In this document: positions 18,946 to 29,763 of the stretch, in pieces | Position numbering within the stretch: position 1 is the stretch's first letter | Layout: each line of letters begins with the position of its first letter | IMG/VR virus record: IMGVR_UViG_3300031784_002315 | Location: 1-64,000 of that record | From: an uncultured virus (IMG/VR IMGVR_UViG_3300031784_002315) | Lineage: Duplodnaviria; Heunggongvirae; Uroviricota; Caudoviricetes | Strand: one strand, 5' to 3' | Length of the DNA stretch: 64,000 nt | Position numbers and translations under genes: made by a program | Notes under the pieces: model-generated | Database searches by the model: none | The model's input: the letters and a program-made list of their open reading frames with translations, nothing else | Told to the model about the DNA's origin: nothing

Positions 18946-20305
18946 AGAATTTAATCATAATATAACTATTTTAGGTGCAGGAAGCATCTGTGTTGCATTG
19001 CTTCCTCTCTTAAAAAAACATATAAAGTCTAATAAAATAACAATTATATCCAACGACAGTCGAAATTGGAGTATAACTAACAAGTATGATGTCGAAAGAG
19101 TAATTGAAAATATTAGCATTGACAACTACAAAAACATTTTACAAAAATATACATCAAAAGGCGATATTGTTATTAATTTAACAGTAGATGTATCATCAAA
19201 AGATTTAGTTGAAGAATGTCAAAAAAACGATGTTATGTACATAGACACTTGTATTCAGCCGTGGCCAGGATTTTTTGATAACTTCGATATGGATCCTAGA
19301 GATAGAACAAACTACTCTCTAAGAGAAGACATGATAAAAAATAAAAAAACATCAAAAAATAAAGCAACAGCCGTTCTTTCACACGGTGCTAATCCTGGAT
19401 TAGTTAATCATTTAGTTAAAGATGCACTAATTGATATTGCAAAAAAACTTAATGTCAACGAAACTCCAACATCTCAACTAGACTGGGCAGATCTTGCTAA
19501 AAAAGTAGGTCTTAAAGTTATACATGTTTCCGAACGAGATTCACAATTTGATTTAGATAAGAAAAAACCAAACGAATTTGTAAACACATGGAGCGTAGAT
19601 GGTTTTATTGCTGAAGGTATCCTTCCTGCTGAACTCGGTTGGGGGTCACACGAACCCGAACTTCCGGATAACGGAGTGACTCATATACACGGAAGTAAAG
19701 CATCTATATTTTTAAACAATCCCGGATGTGCAACAAAAGTAAAATCTTGGGCTCCAAATGCTAAAGAATTTGAAGGATTTTTAATAACACACCAAGAATC
19801 TATAACTTTAGCAGAATTTTTGTCAATTAATGACGATCATTCTTTATACAGACCTACAGTTCATTATGCCTACCATCCTTGCGACCAAGCAGTTGAAAGT
19901 TTAAATGAACTTACACAAAACAATCTTAAAGGTCAAGCACAATCTAGAATTATAACAGATAGCATAGTAGGCGGAATGGACGAATTAGGCGTATTGTTAA
20001 TGGGAGAATTTGGCTCTTATTGGGTAGGTAGTCAATTGTCTATTGACGAAACTAGAAATTTAGTTGAAAACAATAATGCAACTAGTTTACAAGTTGTTGC
20101 TCCATTATGTAGTGCAATTTTATGGATGATGGATAATACACATAACGGAATTTTAGAACCCGATGACTTACCCTATAACTTTATAATTGAAAATTCAAAA
20201 CCATACTTAGGAAAATATGTTAAAGAATATTCAGATTGGTATCCAAATAGTTCAACAGAAAAAACTTGGGAGTTTAAACACTATCTTATCAAAAATAAAA
20301 TGTAA
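18920..20305 (+). CDS. hss: homospermidine synthase
   Basis: GAGSI NAD motif, HGANPGLV, NTWSVDGF, ELGWG, YRPTVHYAYHPC, NATSLQV; ATG 18920 after AGAGGA. Confidence 0.92.
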   Translation: MTQVTTIFKEFNHNITILGAGSICVALLPLLKKHIKSNKITIISNDSRNWSITNKYDVERVIENISIDNYKNILQKYTSKGDIVINLTVDVSSKDLVEECQKNDVMYIDTCIQPWPGFFDNFDMDPRDRTNYSLREDMIKNKKTSKNKATAVLSHGANPGLVNHLVKDALIDIAKKLNVNETPTSQLDWADLAKKVGLKVIHVSERDSQFDLDKKKPNEFVNTWSVDGFIAEGILPAELGWGSHEPELPDNGVTHIHGSKASIFLNNPGCATKVKSWAPNAKEFEGFLITHQESITLAEFLSINDDHSLYRPTVHYAYHPCDQAVESLNELTQNNLKGQAQSRIITDSIVGGMDELGVLLMGEFGSYWVGSQLSIDETRNLVENNNATSLQVVAPLCSAILWMMDNTHNGILEPDDLPYNFIIENSKPYLGKYVKEYSDWYPNSSTEKTWEFKHYLIKNKM

Positions 20306-20312
20306 AATAGAA

Positions 20313-20318
20313 TAAATA
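20313..20318 (+). promoter_or_regulatory. TAAATA box
   Basis: aATAAATA upstream of GGAG RBS and ATG 20339. Confidence 0.5.
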
Positions 20319-20338
20319 TTTTATATTGGAGTTATACT

Positions 20339-20992
20339 ATGAATCATATTGATATTAAACAATCTATTATACGCAGTCAACATTGTCAGCGTAATTGGGA
20401 TCTTTCAAAAGAAATACCCGAAGACGATCTAAATCTTCTAGTAACTGCTGGAACACAATGTCCAAGCAAACAAAATGTAGCGTTTTATCGACTTCATTTT
20501 ATAACCAACAGAAATATCATCGAAGAGATTCATGATAATACCAAAGGGTTTGTTGTTACATTAGAACCAACACCCGAGTACACTACAAATACACAAACTC
20601 TAGCAAATCTTTTAGTTGTTTTTGAAAAATACGAAAATCTAAACAATGACAAAGATTCAACAAGAAATGATCAAACTAGAGCAATAACCACTAATTCCGT
20701 TGATTCGTATCAAGCCACAAAGACGTTAGAAAGAGATAGAAATCTTGCTGTAGGTGTAGCCGCAGGATATTTAAATCTTACTGCTAGCATTTTAGGCTAT
20801 TCAACTGGGTGTTGTTCTTGTTTTAATCAAGATAAAGTTAAAGAGTATCTTAGTCTTGAAAATGATGTCTTACTTTTAATGGGTATAGGTTTTAAAAATC
20901 AAAGTCTTAATAGAAGAATATCACACGTTGATAACTCTTATATTTTTCCGACAAAGACAAAACAGCCTATTGAAGTAAAATTCATTAAATAA
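20339..20992 (+). CDS. nitroreductase-family flavoprotein
   Basis: QRNWD..KEIP, PSKQN, G.AAG.L.L.A..LGY.TG, MGIG. Confidence 0.8.
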   Translation: MNHIDIKQSIIRSQHCQRNWDLSKEIPEDDLNLLVTAGTQCPSKQNVAFYRLHFITNRNIIEEIHDNTKGFVVTLEPTPEYTTNTQTLANLLVVFEKYENLNNDKDSTRNDQTRAITTNSVDSYQATKTLERDRNLAVGVAAGYLNLTASILGYSTGCCSCFNQDKVKEYLSLENDVLLLMGIGFKNQSLNRRISHVDNSYIFPTKTKQPIEVKFIK

Positions 20993-20994
20993 AT

Positions 20995-22041
20995 TTAAGT
21001 TTTTAAAAAACTCAATTCTGGTATAAAGTCATTTATTGACTTTTGAAGCACATTGTCTTGACTTGCCGTAGTTTCAATTAATTTAGAGAGTAACTCAGTG
21101 TCGTGATTGTAATTTTTTAAAAATTCTTCAGTTTCTTTGCACATATGTTTTTCAATATACCATTGAGGTAAAGCATTTATCGAAAATTCCAAAGGATATG
21201 TAATAGGAAAAATATTATAGTATAATCCGTAATCTTGACATAATTTGTTTATATTTTCTATATCATGATAATTATAGGCTTGCAAAACTGTATGAACATA
21301 TCTTTCACTGTTATCGTTTCTTTTATTAATATAGTTTTCCCACTTATCTAGATTTCTTTTTATAGTTTCCCATTTGCTTCCATCTCTAATATATTCGTTT
21401 GTTAATCCAGTACCGTCAATACTATATCCAATTATAAAACTGTCTATATTTGTAAAATGTTTTAAATATTTTTCAGGAGGAACTGTTAAATTTGTGTTTA
21501 CATAAAAAGAAATTTTATTTTCTTTATTTTTTTCGATAAACTCAAATATATGAAACACTTCATCAGTTATTAATGGTTCTCCACCTAGATATTTTATAAT
21601 TTTAATATCTTTACTTTTTATCTTAGATAGAACGTTTTCTAAATTATAATAAGACACAGGTATATTGCTGCCTCCTAAAGTTTTTTGCCACAAACTACTA
21701 TGTCTAGAATCACACATTCTACATTGATTATTACATTTATTACTAACAGACAACTCTAACATTTCAAAAGTGTTTAAGTCAGATTTACAATAAAAATCAT
21801 AAGAATCTTTTACAGAATGTAATCCTAGTTCGATGTGTTTTTTACAGTTGTAGCAACCCGGATCCCATGAATTGCCCTCCATATTTTTTCTTATATTTGC
21901 TATATATTCGGAATGTAAAAAGTCATCCGGAGACATATCATTTACAGAAATTTTACTTATACCTTTGTACGAACAGCATGGTTTATAAAAACCACTGAGT
22001 TCTATACACACTTGATTATGAAGGGCTTTACAGATTGGCAT
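20995..22041 (-). CDS. radical SAM protein, N-terminal twitch-like type
   Basis: N-terminal C...PCC...CYNC; CNNQCRMC; GGEP; SIDG..YIR. Confidence 0.88.
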   Translation of the reverse strand: MPICKALHNQVCIELSGFYKPCCSYKGISKISVNDMSPDDFLHSEYIANIRKNMEGNSWDPGCYNCKKHIELGLHSVKDSYDFYCKSDLNTFEMLELSVSNKCNNQCRMCDSRHSSLWQKTLGGSNIPVSYYNLENVLSKIKSKDIKIIKYLGGEPLITDEVFHIFEFIEKNKENKISFYVNTNLTVPPEKYLKHFTNIDSFIIGYSIDGTGLTNEYIRDGSKWETIKRNLDKWENYINKRNDNSERYVHTVLQAYNYHDIENINKLCQDYGLYYNIFPITYPLEFSINALPQWYIEKHMCKETEEFLKNYNHDTELLSKLIETTASQDNVLQKSINDFIPELSFLKT

Positions 22042-23153
22042 TAGTGTTTTCTTTTTGGTATTTTACTGTCAGCCGAACTAACACAACTATCAGTTATACA
22101 GGGCATTGGATTAGAAAACAATTTAAATCCTGTTTCAATGTTTCCTAATGGAACATCTGAACAACTGTAACTACGTTTTATACTTCCGTCAGGTTCTCTG
22201 ATAATAATTCCTTGATACCCAGCATTGCAATTCCAGCCTTTAAATTTATTAAAATTAAAAGCATTAAATCTTTCGGCTTGATCCATGTACCATTTTTTTC
22301 CTGTAGAATCTAAAAATTCTACTTGAAAATGGCTAGGAACATTTGAATCATTATTAACTAAAGCGTGTTTAGGTAGTTCAAAATTAGGTCTAGGACGGTC
22401 GTTCCATTTACGCTTTGTTTCTGTATAAGCACGCTGCGGCATACCGTTGTGTAAACGTTTTAGATTGTCATCTGTGTATCCATCTACTACTCGGCTTGCT
22501 GTAGGGTCGCTTTGAGGCTTTAGCGTTACGTTTATGCCCTGCTCGTGGAAGAATAGTGCATTGTCCCAATCACGTTCAAACCATTCGGGTACCATAACCA
22601 TGTTGATAGTAACTTGAACATCGTGTTCTTGACATAATATCAGTTTGTCTGCAAAATCCTGCATCTTTGCTGTTGTATCTAAATGTTCAGTGTGCAAACT
22701 TGCTGTAATGCTTGCTCTGTGAAACGGCTTGACTTTTTCTACATAATCTTCAAACCAGCGCACAGGTCTACTACAATTCGATGTCATATGTACACTAGTA
22801 TAATTGGTATTGTCAACATCATCTGCTAGATGTTTTAGTATGTCTAAGTATCCAGGATGAAATGTAGGCTCACCACCACTTAACGAAAAGTGAAAACTAT
22901 TAAATCCATTGTCACGAGCCTGACGCTTTATTTCGTCGATGGTTTTGAGACATAACTCTGTAGGTCTATGATCTTTTCTGTCAGATCTTGCATAGGGCCA
23001 GCAGTATGAGCATCTGTAGTTGCAGTATCTTCCAAGGAGCCAAGATACAGTAAATAAGTCTCTATATAAGAGTGTCCGCTGGCCGACTTGTATAATGTCG
23101 TCAAACGGAATCTTGGTAAAATCATAATTACTCCATTTTAAATCTTCATTCAT
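22041..23153 (-). CDS. radical SAM protein with C-terminal Cys-rich (SPASM/twitch) region
   Basis: CNYRCSYC, GGEPT; C-terminal CNAG...C...LGNI...C..C. Confidence 0.88.
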   Translation of the reverse strand: MNEDLKWSNYDFTKIPFDDIIQVGQRTLLYRDLFTVSWLLGRYCNYRCSYCWPYARSDRKDHRPTELCLKTIDEIKRQARDNGFNSFHFSLSGGEPTFHPGYLDILKHLADDVDNTNYTSVHMTSNCSRPVRWFEDYVEKVKPFHRASITASLHTEHLDTTAKMQDFADKLILCQEHDVQVTINMVMVPEWFERDWDNALFFHEQGINVTLKPQSDPTASRVVDGYTDDNLKRLHNGMPQRAYTETKRKWNDRPRPNFELPKHALVNNDSNVPSHFQVEFLDSTGKKWYMDQAERFNAFNFNKFKGWNCNAGYQGIIIREPDGSIKRSYSCSDVPLGNIETGFKLFSNPMPCITDSCVSSADSKIPKRKH

Positions 23154-23158
23154 AATTT

Positions 23159-23186
23159 ATTATAACGTCTTTTTTTAAATAGTCAA
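23159..23186 (-). promoter_or_regulatory. sigma70-like promoter, 5 nt from ATG 23153
   Basis: Minus strand TTGACT-N16-TATAAT-aaatt-ATG. Confidence 0.5.
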
Positions 23187-24373
23187 TATGTGTAGTTTTC
23201 AATTTTCATTTCTTTAAAACTATGCTTCCATGATATGTTTCGTGCGGTGTCTAGGTCATTTAGATAAGAAATGAATGTTTTTCCGTATTCGTTCCATAAA
23301 TCTTTTTCAAACATGTGATTAACATAAAATTCTATTTTGTCTGTGTCATCAAAATTGTATCGATTTATTTTTTCTTTGATAATTTGTTTTAATTCTACGG
23401 GTAACACTTGAGCACTCATGTGAATCGGCCATTCTACATGATTACAAAGAATAAATTTTATATCTGGAAAATTAAATTTTATGTAATCATACGTCTCAAC
23501 TAGATAAAACATACTTATATTTGAGCAGGTCCACTGTACCCCAACATCAAAGTTACTATACTGTTTTGCATATTGTTGTATTAATTCGAGTTTCTTTTTA
23601 AATGTTTCCCATTTAATAGGAAATCTAAAATATTCTCCAGGAATATCAATAGCGTCAACACTTAATCTAATTACAACACTTTCAAATTTAGATAGTTGAT
23701 TAAGTATCTTTTCAGTTAACAATGTTCCGTTACTGACATAGTGAAGTGTTATTTTACTTGCGTGTTCTGTTTTTGAAATTTCTTCGATAAATTTATTGTG
23801 TTGTTTATTAGCAAATGGCTCTCCACCTAAAAAGTTAAACTTTTTTGTTTGATGTAGATTTTCTTTTATATTATCCCATATAAAACTATCTTGTTCTATC
23901 CACTTGTTATCTATGTTATACGATTCTGTATTAGGATATTTGTTTAATAGGGACTTGTCTTCGTTCCATTTGCTGCTAGCGCCGGTGCCGCAATGTATAC
24001 ACTTCAAATTACAAATTGTGCCAACACGAATATCAATATTAGGTGGGTAATACGGAACACTGCCATCGGATTTAGTTTCATTGATGAGATGTTTGTTTGT
24101 TTCGTAATGGTATTTGTTTTCTTCTAATCGTTTACTATGACCATTTAAACTTTCAACGTACTCGCAACGCTTACAGTTCTCTGGCCATTTTCCGTTTAAA
24201 AAATCTATACGTATTTTTTTAAAATAATCATTGTTCCATTCGTTTTCTATACTACTACCTTTTAACTTGACTTGTGCATCTTTTACAACTGCCTGATCTG
24301 CATAGCCGCAAGTTCGAGGACGACCGAATGTGTTGGTGCTAAAATTTATCCAAGGAAGTATGCAAGGTTTCAT
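23183..24373 (-). CDS. radical SAM protein, N-terminal twitch-like type
   Basis: CILPW...TC...CKRC; CNLKCIHC; GGEP. Confidence 0.88.
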   Translation of the reverse strand: MKPCILPWINFSTNTFGRPRTCGYADQAVVKDAQVKLKGSSIENEWNNDYFKKIRIDFLNGKWPENCKRCEYVESLNGHSKRLEENKYHYETNKHLINETKSDGSVPYYPPNIDIRVGTICNLKCIHCGTGASSKWNEDKSLLNKYPNTESYNIDNKWIEQDSFIWDNIKENLHQTKKFNFLGGEPFANKQHNKFIEEISKTEHASKITLHYVSNGTLLTEKILNQLSKFESVVIRLSVDAIDIPGEYFRFPIKWETFKKKLELIQQYAKQYSNFDVGVQWTCSNISMFYLVETYDYIKFNFPDIKFILCNHVEWPIHMSAQVLPVELKQIIKEKINRYNFDDTDKIEFYVNHMFEKDLWNEYGKTFISYLNDLDTARNISWKHSFKEMKIENYTY

Positions 24374-24412
24374 ATTGTTATTTAGTAGTTAACTACGCAT
24401 ATAAATATTTTC
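24374..24412. promoter_or_regulatory. back-to-back TAAATA boxes, each 5 nt from a start codon
   Basis: Minus: TAAATA 24384-24379 then ATG 24373. Plus: TATAAATA 24400-24407 then ATG 24413. Confidence 0.65.
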
Positions 24413-25258
24413 ATGAGAGATAACGTAACAAGAGAGTATACTAAAGAATGGTTACAAACTGACAGGCCGCAACCTATGTACAGTAATAAAATTAACGAGT
24501 TTTACGATAATTTTTATAAAGAAAATCCAGTACATACCGCAGATTTAGACTCGATTTTTAAAGAAACATTTGTTAATTGGCTTAAAAATCATCAGTATAG
24601 TAAATTTAAAGGTGTAGATGTTTTTAAAAGATTAGACATTATAAACGGCTGTACTCAATATATCGATGATCTTTATCAACGCTGCGGTTCGTTACAAACT
24701 TTTGAAAACGACTATAAGTATCATTATAGATTAAATCCTAATATAACTTATACTACTATTGATACATTAGATCCAAATAAAGAGTTGTTAATTTCAATGC
24801 CGTTTCCGTACTACGGTGATGTACATCCAGAAATGACAGAAATTTTAAATACTTGCTATAAACTAAAAATACCTGTACACATCGATGGTGCTTGGATAAG
24901 TTGTATTCGAGATATCGAATTCGACTTTGACCACCCTGCTATTCAAACATTTGGTATTAGTTTAAGCAAGGGAGGGCTAGGTGGAAATAGAATAGGGGTG
25001 CGGTTTGCAAGAAATACTCCACTAGGTGCAGTAACTATAATGAACGACTTTAATATGAATAGTCAAGCATTGGTTAGTATGGGTATTAAATTTATGGAAA
25101 CATTTGGCCCAGAATATTTTTGGAAAACATATAACGAAGAATATAAAAAAGTAATAACTGACTTTCAACTGTTGCCGACTAAATCTATACATTTAGCCAA
25201 AACTGCCGCTGGCAAACCTGTTGGTATTAGACCATTGTTAAGATTTTTGAAAAAATAG
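24413..25258 (+). CDS. small fold-type I PLP-dependent enzyme-like protein
   Basis: HIDGAW and SLSKG...RIG motifs (aminotransferase-like Asp and Lys). Confidence 0.6.
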   Translation: MRDNVTREYTKEWLQTDRPQPMYSNKINEFYDNFYKENPVHTADLDSIFKETFVNWLKNHQYSKFKGVDVFKRLDIINGCTQYIDDLYQRCGSLQTFENDYKYHYRLNPNITYTTIDTLDPNKELLISMPFPYYGDVHPEMTEILNTCYKLKIPVHIDGAWISCIRDIEFDFDHPAIQTFGISLSKGGLGGNRIGVRFARNTPLGAVTIMNDFNMNSQALVSMGIKFMETFGPEYFWKTYNEEYKKVITDFQLLPTKSIHLAKTAAGKPVGIRPLLRFLKK

Positions 25259-26321
25259 GATCAAGGTCTAATAAATTTGTATTTCTTATGTTGTCATGCC
25301 AACTGTTGAATTCTTTGTATCGTATAAGTTCATTTATATTAAATTTGTAATTTTTAAATCTATCAACTAATTTATCCGATATAGGATGTTTTAAAGATTG
25401 CAAATATTCTATTTTTTGTTCTCTAATATCGTCAGGTATGCAGTCAACCTTTCCTGGAACTGCTCCAAACATAGGATTCATGTGTACTTTATCAGAATCA
25501 AACTGAAAAAAGTATTCTATCCAGTCTTCAACTAGCACAAAATTTACCATTTGAATACACATGTTAATACTGTAATTATTTGCAGATTTTATTATTTTAT
25601 GAATGTTTTTTTCAACATTATACCATTTTGCACCTGTTCTTATATACTCATAAGATTTTCCAGCGCCGTCTAAACTTAAATTTATGTTGACCTCTTTAAA
25701 TTGTTTCACTCGACTCATCCACGGGTTATTAACACTTGTACAATTAGTTGTATACTGCAAGCGAACAGTTTCTGTCATACCGGTCTCTATAAAATAATCT
25801 AAAATAGGAAAGAGATTTTTGTTAACTGTTGGTTCGCCACCTAATATAGCAAGATGTCTTAAACTAGATAAATCAAAGTCTAACACGTCATTGGTATCTC
25901 TTTTTTCAATAGGCTTTATCAAATTATGTAAAACTCGTTCTTCTTCGATGAGGCTGCTACTACTCGGGCTACACATTCTACATTTTAAATTACACAAATT
26001 ATCCGGCCTATAATCTAATTTGTTTATTTTTCCTATTTCATACTTATTATTTTTTACGTTTTTATCAATAAAATTTCTAGCCGACAAGATGCCATGTGAC
26101 TCAGTATTAATACATTCTTGACAACTAAAAGCAATAAAACTTGTATCGTGTGTTTCCATTGCAAGTTTTATTTTATCCAAATATTCACTATCTTGGTAAT
26201 CTTTAACTTTTCCTTTATATTTTTCTCCCCTCCATTCACAACACGGAGACGTTCCGCCGCCACTATATACTCCACTGTATTGGATTGTTGTCCAAGGTGC
26301 ATAGCAAAAAGGTTTATTCAT
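25227..26321 (-). CDS. radical SAM protein, N-terminal twitch-like type
   Basis: FCYAPW...PCC...CQEC; CNLKCRMC; GGEP; start at ATGA overlap 26321. Confidence 0.88.
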   Translation of the reverse strand: MNKPFCYAPWTTIQYSGVYSGGGTSPCCEWRGEKYKGKVKDYQDSEYLDKIKLAMETHDTSFIAFSCQECINTESHGILSARNFIDKNVKNNKYEIGKINKLDYRPDNLCNLKCRMCSPSSSSLIEEERVLHNLIKPIEKRDTNDVLDFDLSSLRHLAILGGEPTVNKNLFPILDYFIETGMTETVRLQYTTNCTSVNNPWMSRVKQFKEVNINLSLDGAGKSYEYIRTGAKWYNVEKNIHKIIKSANNYSINMCIQMVNFVLVEDWIEYFFQFDSDKVHMNPMFGAVPGKVDCIPDDIREQKIEYLQSLKHPISDKLVDRFKNYKFNINELIRYKEFNSWHDNIRNTNLLDLDPIFSKILTMV

Positions 26322-27469
26322 ATCTCTTCTAATTTCCATCCAACAACATCCCATGTGTTACAATTTCTATAAGAATCAGTCATTGCAACATGAGATTTTA
26401 ATAAATTTAATTCTTTAGGGTTGTTTGCGTTCTTTAAAATAAAAATTAATTCGTTAATCTGTTCTATCTCTACGTCAGTGTAATCTACAAATATAGTACT
26501 TTCTATATCTGCTATAGCCTTATCTCTTGCCCGTTTCGGAGTATTATCAATACTATACCAAGGTGCTCCGTTAAGCCAACTAAATCCTATCTTAAATCTA
26601 GTATCGTAATTTGTATATTCTTTAAACCAAATGATACTTTCACTTAAATTTAAAACGTTTAAGTTATGAGGAACTATAACAAATTCGCAAGTTATCCACG
26701 GATACTTTTTAAGAATATCAATTTTTGATAAGACGTCATTCCATTTTAAGGGCCATCTTAAATATTCGTAAAAATCTTTTCCTACTCCGTCGATACTAAA
26801 GTTTATATGTACATGCTCGAATTCTTTTAGCTTAACAATTTGTTCCTCTGTAAAACTTCCGTTAGTTGTTATATTAAGTCCTGGCAATTTTTTACCAGAC
26901 TCAATTAAACCATCTATAAGTTTATCAAAATGAACATTTATAAAAGGTTCGCCACCACTGATTTCAATTTTTCGAATAGTGTCTGCGATTGAAATTATAT
27001 CATTGTTTATATTACGATACCAAGTCTTTGTTTTATTCCATACATGTTTTTTACTTATTAAATTCAAAAGTTCTTGATCAGTAACGTTATCTTTCATTTC
27101 TCTATACTGTTTTTCAATTAAACTACTTCTACTCGAGTTGCATATACGACATGCAGTATTGCATTGATTGCCGTAAGTAATCATAATATGTTCTATTCCG
27201 TTGTTGGGTTTATTTTCATAGTATGCATTTCTTTTTTCACGCATACTTTTAGATCCATTGTTTTCTTGTTTCCAACAAAAATTGCATCCACTTGTTTTAT
27301 GATTGTTGTTTAACTGGTTTTTTAAATTTTTTAACCAATCACTATTTAAGTATTCATTAAAACTTGTCATTTCTGGTCTAATACCTACATATTGACAACA
27401 CGGTCCCAAGTTTCCTCTACTATCGAAATGTATTTGTTTATAAGGTTCGCTACAAAATGTGTGTGACAT
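26318..27469 (-). CDS. radical SAM protein, N-terminal twitch-like type
   Basis: FCSEPY...PCC...CNFC; CNTACRIC; GGEP. Confidence 0.88.
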   Translation of the reverse strand: MSHTFCSEPYKQIHFDSRGNLGPCCQYVGIRPEMTSFNEYLNSDWLKNLKNQLNNNHKTSGCNFCWKQENNGSKSMREKRNAYYENKPNNGIEHIMITYGNQCNTACRICNSSRSSLIEKQYREMKDNVTDQELLNLISKKHVWNKTKTWYRNINNDIISIADTIRKIEISGGEPFINVHFDKLIDGLIESGKKLPGLNITTNGSFTEEQIVKLKEFEHVHINFSIDGVGKDFYEYLRWPLKWNDVLSKIDILKKYPWITCEFVIVPHNLNVLNLSESIIWFKEYTNYDTRFKIGFSWLNGAPWYSIDNTPKRARDKAIADIESTIFVDYTDVEIEQINELIFILKNANNPKELNLLKSHVAMTDSYRNCNTWDVVGWKLEEI

Positions 27470-27471
27470 GA

Positions 27472-28176
27472 TTAATCTTTAAATTGTAAATATTCTGCTT
27501 GTTTATTATATATGTTGTAATCATTTCTAAAAGAAATCTTTTTAAATTTTTCTTTATATGTAAGACAGTGTTGATATAAATTGTCAACATCAAATTGTGG
27601 TTTAGCTAATACTACTGTCTCGTCTGCTGTTAAAATTATTTTTAATTTATTTTTTTCTATAAAACTTAGTACATCAAACAGTCTATTAAAGGCACCATTG
27701 GGTCTAATGTCATCTATTAAAATAACTAAATTATCAAAACTATTAGTTAATATTGTGTCTATAGTGTCTTGTGTGTTTAATAAATCACAATCAATTCTAA
27801 TTACTTCTACATTTTTAAGACTTTCTTTAAAATTTGAAATGTCACCATCAAATATTTTGTAATTTATATTACTGTTTGTACTTTTTATAAAACTTTCTAA
27901 ATCCTTAATATTTTTTGGCCAATAATAATCAACAAATAATTTATCGTAACCGTGTTTGCACCAAGAAAAATCTTCAACTAAATTATAACGTGTGTTATTA
28001 TTAGAAAATTCATGTAATCCAAGGCACCACGACCCTCGGCCGGCTCCTAATTCCCAAACAGACATAGGATTTAGATAATTCAATAATAGAAGATGTGTTT
28101 TAAAATCACAATTACCTGTCATAATTTTATACTTGTTTATAGTGTAACTTATTTTATTTTTAGAAAGATCTAGCAT
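27472..28176 (-). CDS. class I SAM-methyltransferase-like
   Basis: WELGAGRG motif I; RIDCD; LIDD. Confidence 0.6.
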   Translation of the reverse strand: MLDLSKNKISYTINKYKIMTGNCDFKTHLLLLNYLNPMSVWELGAGRGSWCLGLHEFSNNNTRYNLVEDFSWCKHGYDKLFVDYYWPKNIKDLESFIKSTNSNINYKIFDGDISNFKESLKNVEVIRIDCDLLNTQDTIDTILTNSFDNLVILIDDIRPNGAFNRLFDVLSFIEKNKLKIILTADETVVLAKPQFDVDNLYQHCLTYKEKFKKISFRNDYNIYNKQAEYLQFKD

Positions 28177-28267
28177 AATATAATCCTGTCGTTTTTGTTA
28201 TTGTCTAAGAAAATTAAGCAATATCTATAAAACAATTACATACTTAACTTGTTGTTTATAGATATCG

Positions 28268-28867
28268 TCATATGTCTATTCGTTTCATTACCCAAAATCT
28301 AGCATCAGGATCTGTATATAATTTATAATTATTAAAATTTTTAGAATAAAATTTACATATTGCTTTTAGAACTCCGGGTTGACTTTGGGCAAAGTCATCT
28401 CCACATATTACAGGAATTCCATTAAAATAATTTAATTCGTTTAATACGTTTTCTTGACTATGATCATCATCTAAATAAACAATATCATAAGATTTTGGTG
28501 CGGCTAAATACTTGCCTGTATAAATGTGTTTTAATTTTTTAAAATTTTTGTTTTGTTTTAAATTATACAACAATATTTCTTTTTGATTATAATCGGGAAA
28601 AATCTGTCCTATGTGATTATAATAATTTTCATCATAAATTTTAATTTTGCTATATCTCCTTGAGTACGCCCAATTATCTAAAATTTCTAAAGAGCCGTCG
28701 TTGGTATCAGTTATACAATCTAACCATGCCCACGATCCTCTACCCCACGCACATCCAATTTCTAAAATTTTAGGTTTATAATAAAACCAATTAACAATTT
28801 TTTGATACCACTCATGTTGAAGTTCGGTTGTTTCTCCGGGTATATCCATTGCTTTTGTTATTATCAT
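28268..28867 (-). CDS. class I SAM-methyltransferase-like
   Basis: LEIGCAWGRGS, YLDDDHS, CGDD; likely start ATG 28867. Confidence 0.7.
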   Translation of the reverse strand: MIITKAMDIPGETTELQHEWYQKIVNWFYYKPKILEIGCAWGRGSWAWLDCITDTNDGSLEILDNWAYSRRYSKIKIYDENYYNHIGQIFPDYNQKEILLYNLKQNKNFKKLKHIYTGKYLAAPKSYDIVYLDDDHSQENVLNELNYFNGIPVICGDDFAQSQPGVLKAICKFYSKNFNNYKLYTDPDARFWVMKRIDI

Positions 28868-28869
28868 GT

Positions 28870-29763
28870 TTACATCTTCTCTTGTTCTTTGCGCCATTCT
28901 ATTAATAGATCCTCATCCAATTCGATCATAAACATCATAAGTAGACCCATTTTACTGTTCCATGTCTTTTTATGTTCGCCGCCTTTGGTGCCTTCGTTTG
29001 TTGCGTGTAATTGCACAGCATCAAATATACACGGAGATCCCGGGGTCCAATCAAATACTGATTCAGGGTTTAAACCTTGTAATCTACGATAAGGAGTATT
29101 CATATACTTGTTATAAAAATCTTTGTCAAACGGCTCGTCGGACTGCGGTATAGGGTTGCCATCTCTGTCATAAAATTGAAGGTGTTTATAGTCGGTTACA
29201 ATTTCGTAAATACTGGCAATATTTTTAGTTTCGGCACCGCCGTTGTAAACTTTAGCCCATCCTATATCACGTTCTTCGAAGAAGACTATCTGTCCGCCGT
29301 CTATTGTATCAAGATGTGTTCCTATCCATAATGGTGTAATAATATTTTTCCACGTGGTATATTTTCTTTGAGGATGGTTTAAAGGCACATGCTCTAGCAT
29401 GTTTTTATAACCTTTTTCACGCATTGCATCTTGGTGCAACCCATACTGCTGGGGAGTAATAAAATAGTTGCCGCCAATTACTGGAGTTTTTTCAGCAGTT
29501 GTGCCTAATGCTGCATCAAACTTTTCTTTATAACGCTGATATATTTTGCTCATATCAACATCAATGATTACTGTCCCATTTTTGTTTAATCTAGGAACAT
29601 TGTAGTCTGCTGTAAAAGCATTTTTCCAAAGCCAATCAAGTTCTTTTTCATCCCACATATTTTCAATACATGCGGCTTTGCTCGAATGTCTACGAACATT
29701 TTCTATAGCAATAGGATGGTCCATCGGTAGTTGATAATATCCCGGTTCGTCAATTCGACTCAT
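28870..29763 (-). CDS. Fe(II)/2OG oxygenase-like
   Basis: LHQD...GG.IVF...FDAVQLHA...K. Confidence 0.6.
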   Translation of the reverse strand: MSRIDEPGYYQLPMDHPIAIENVRRHSSKAACIENMWDEKELDWLWKNAFTADYNVPRLNKNGTVIIDVDMSKIYQRYKEKFDAALGTTAEKTPVIGGNYFITPQQYGLHQDAMREKGYKNMLEHVPLNHPQRKYTTWKNIITPLWIGTHLDTIDGGQIVFFEERDIGWAKVYNGGAETKNIASIYEIVTDYKHLQFYDRDGNPIPQSDEPFDKDFYNKYMNTPYRRLQGLNPESVFDWTPGSPCIFDAVQLHATNEGTKGGEHKKTWNSKMGLLMMFMIELDEDLLIEWRKEQEKM

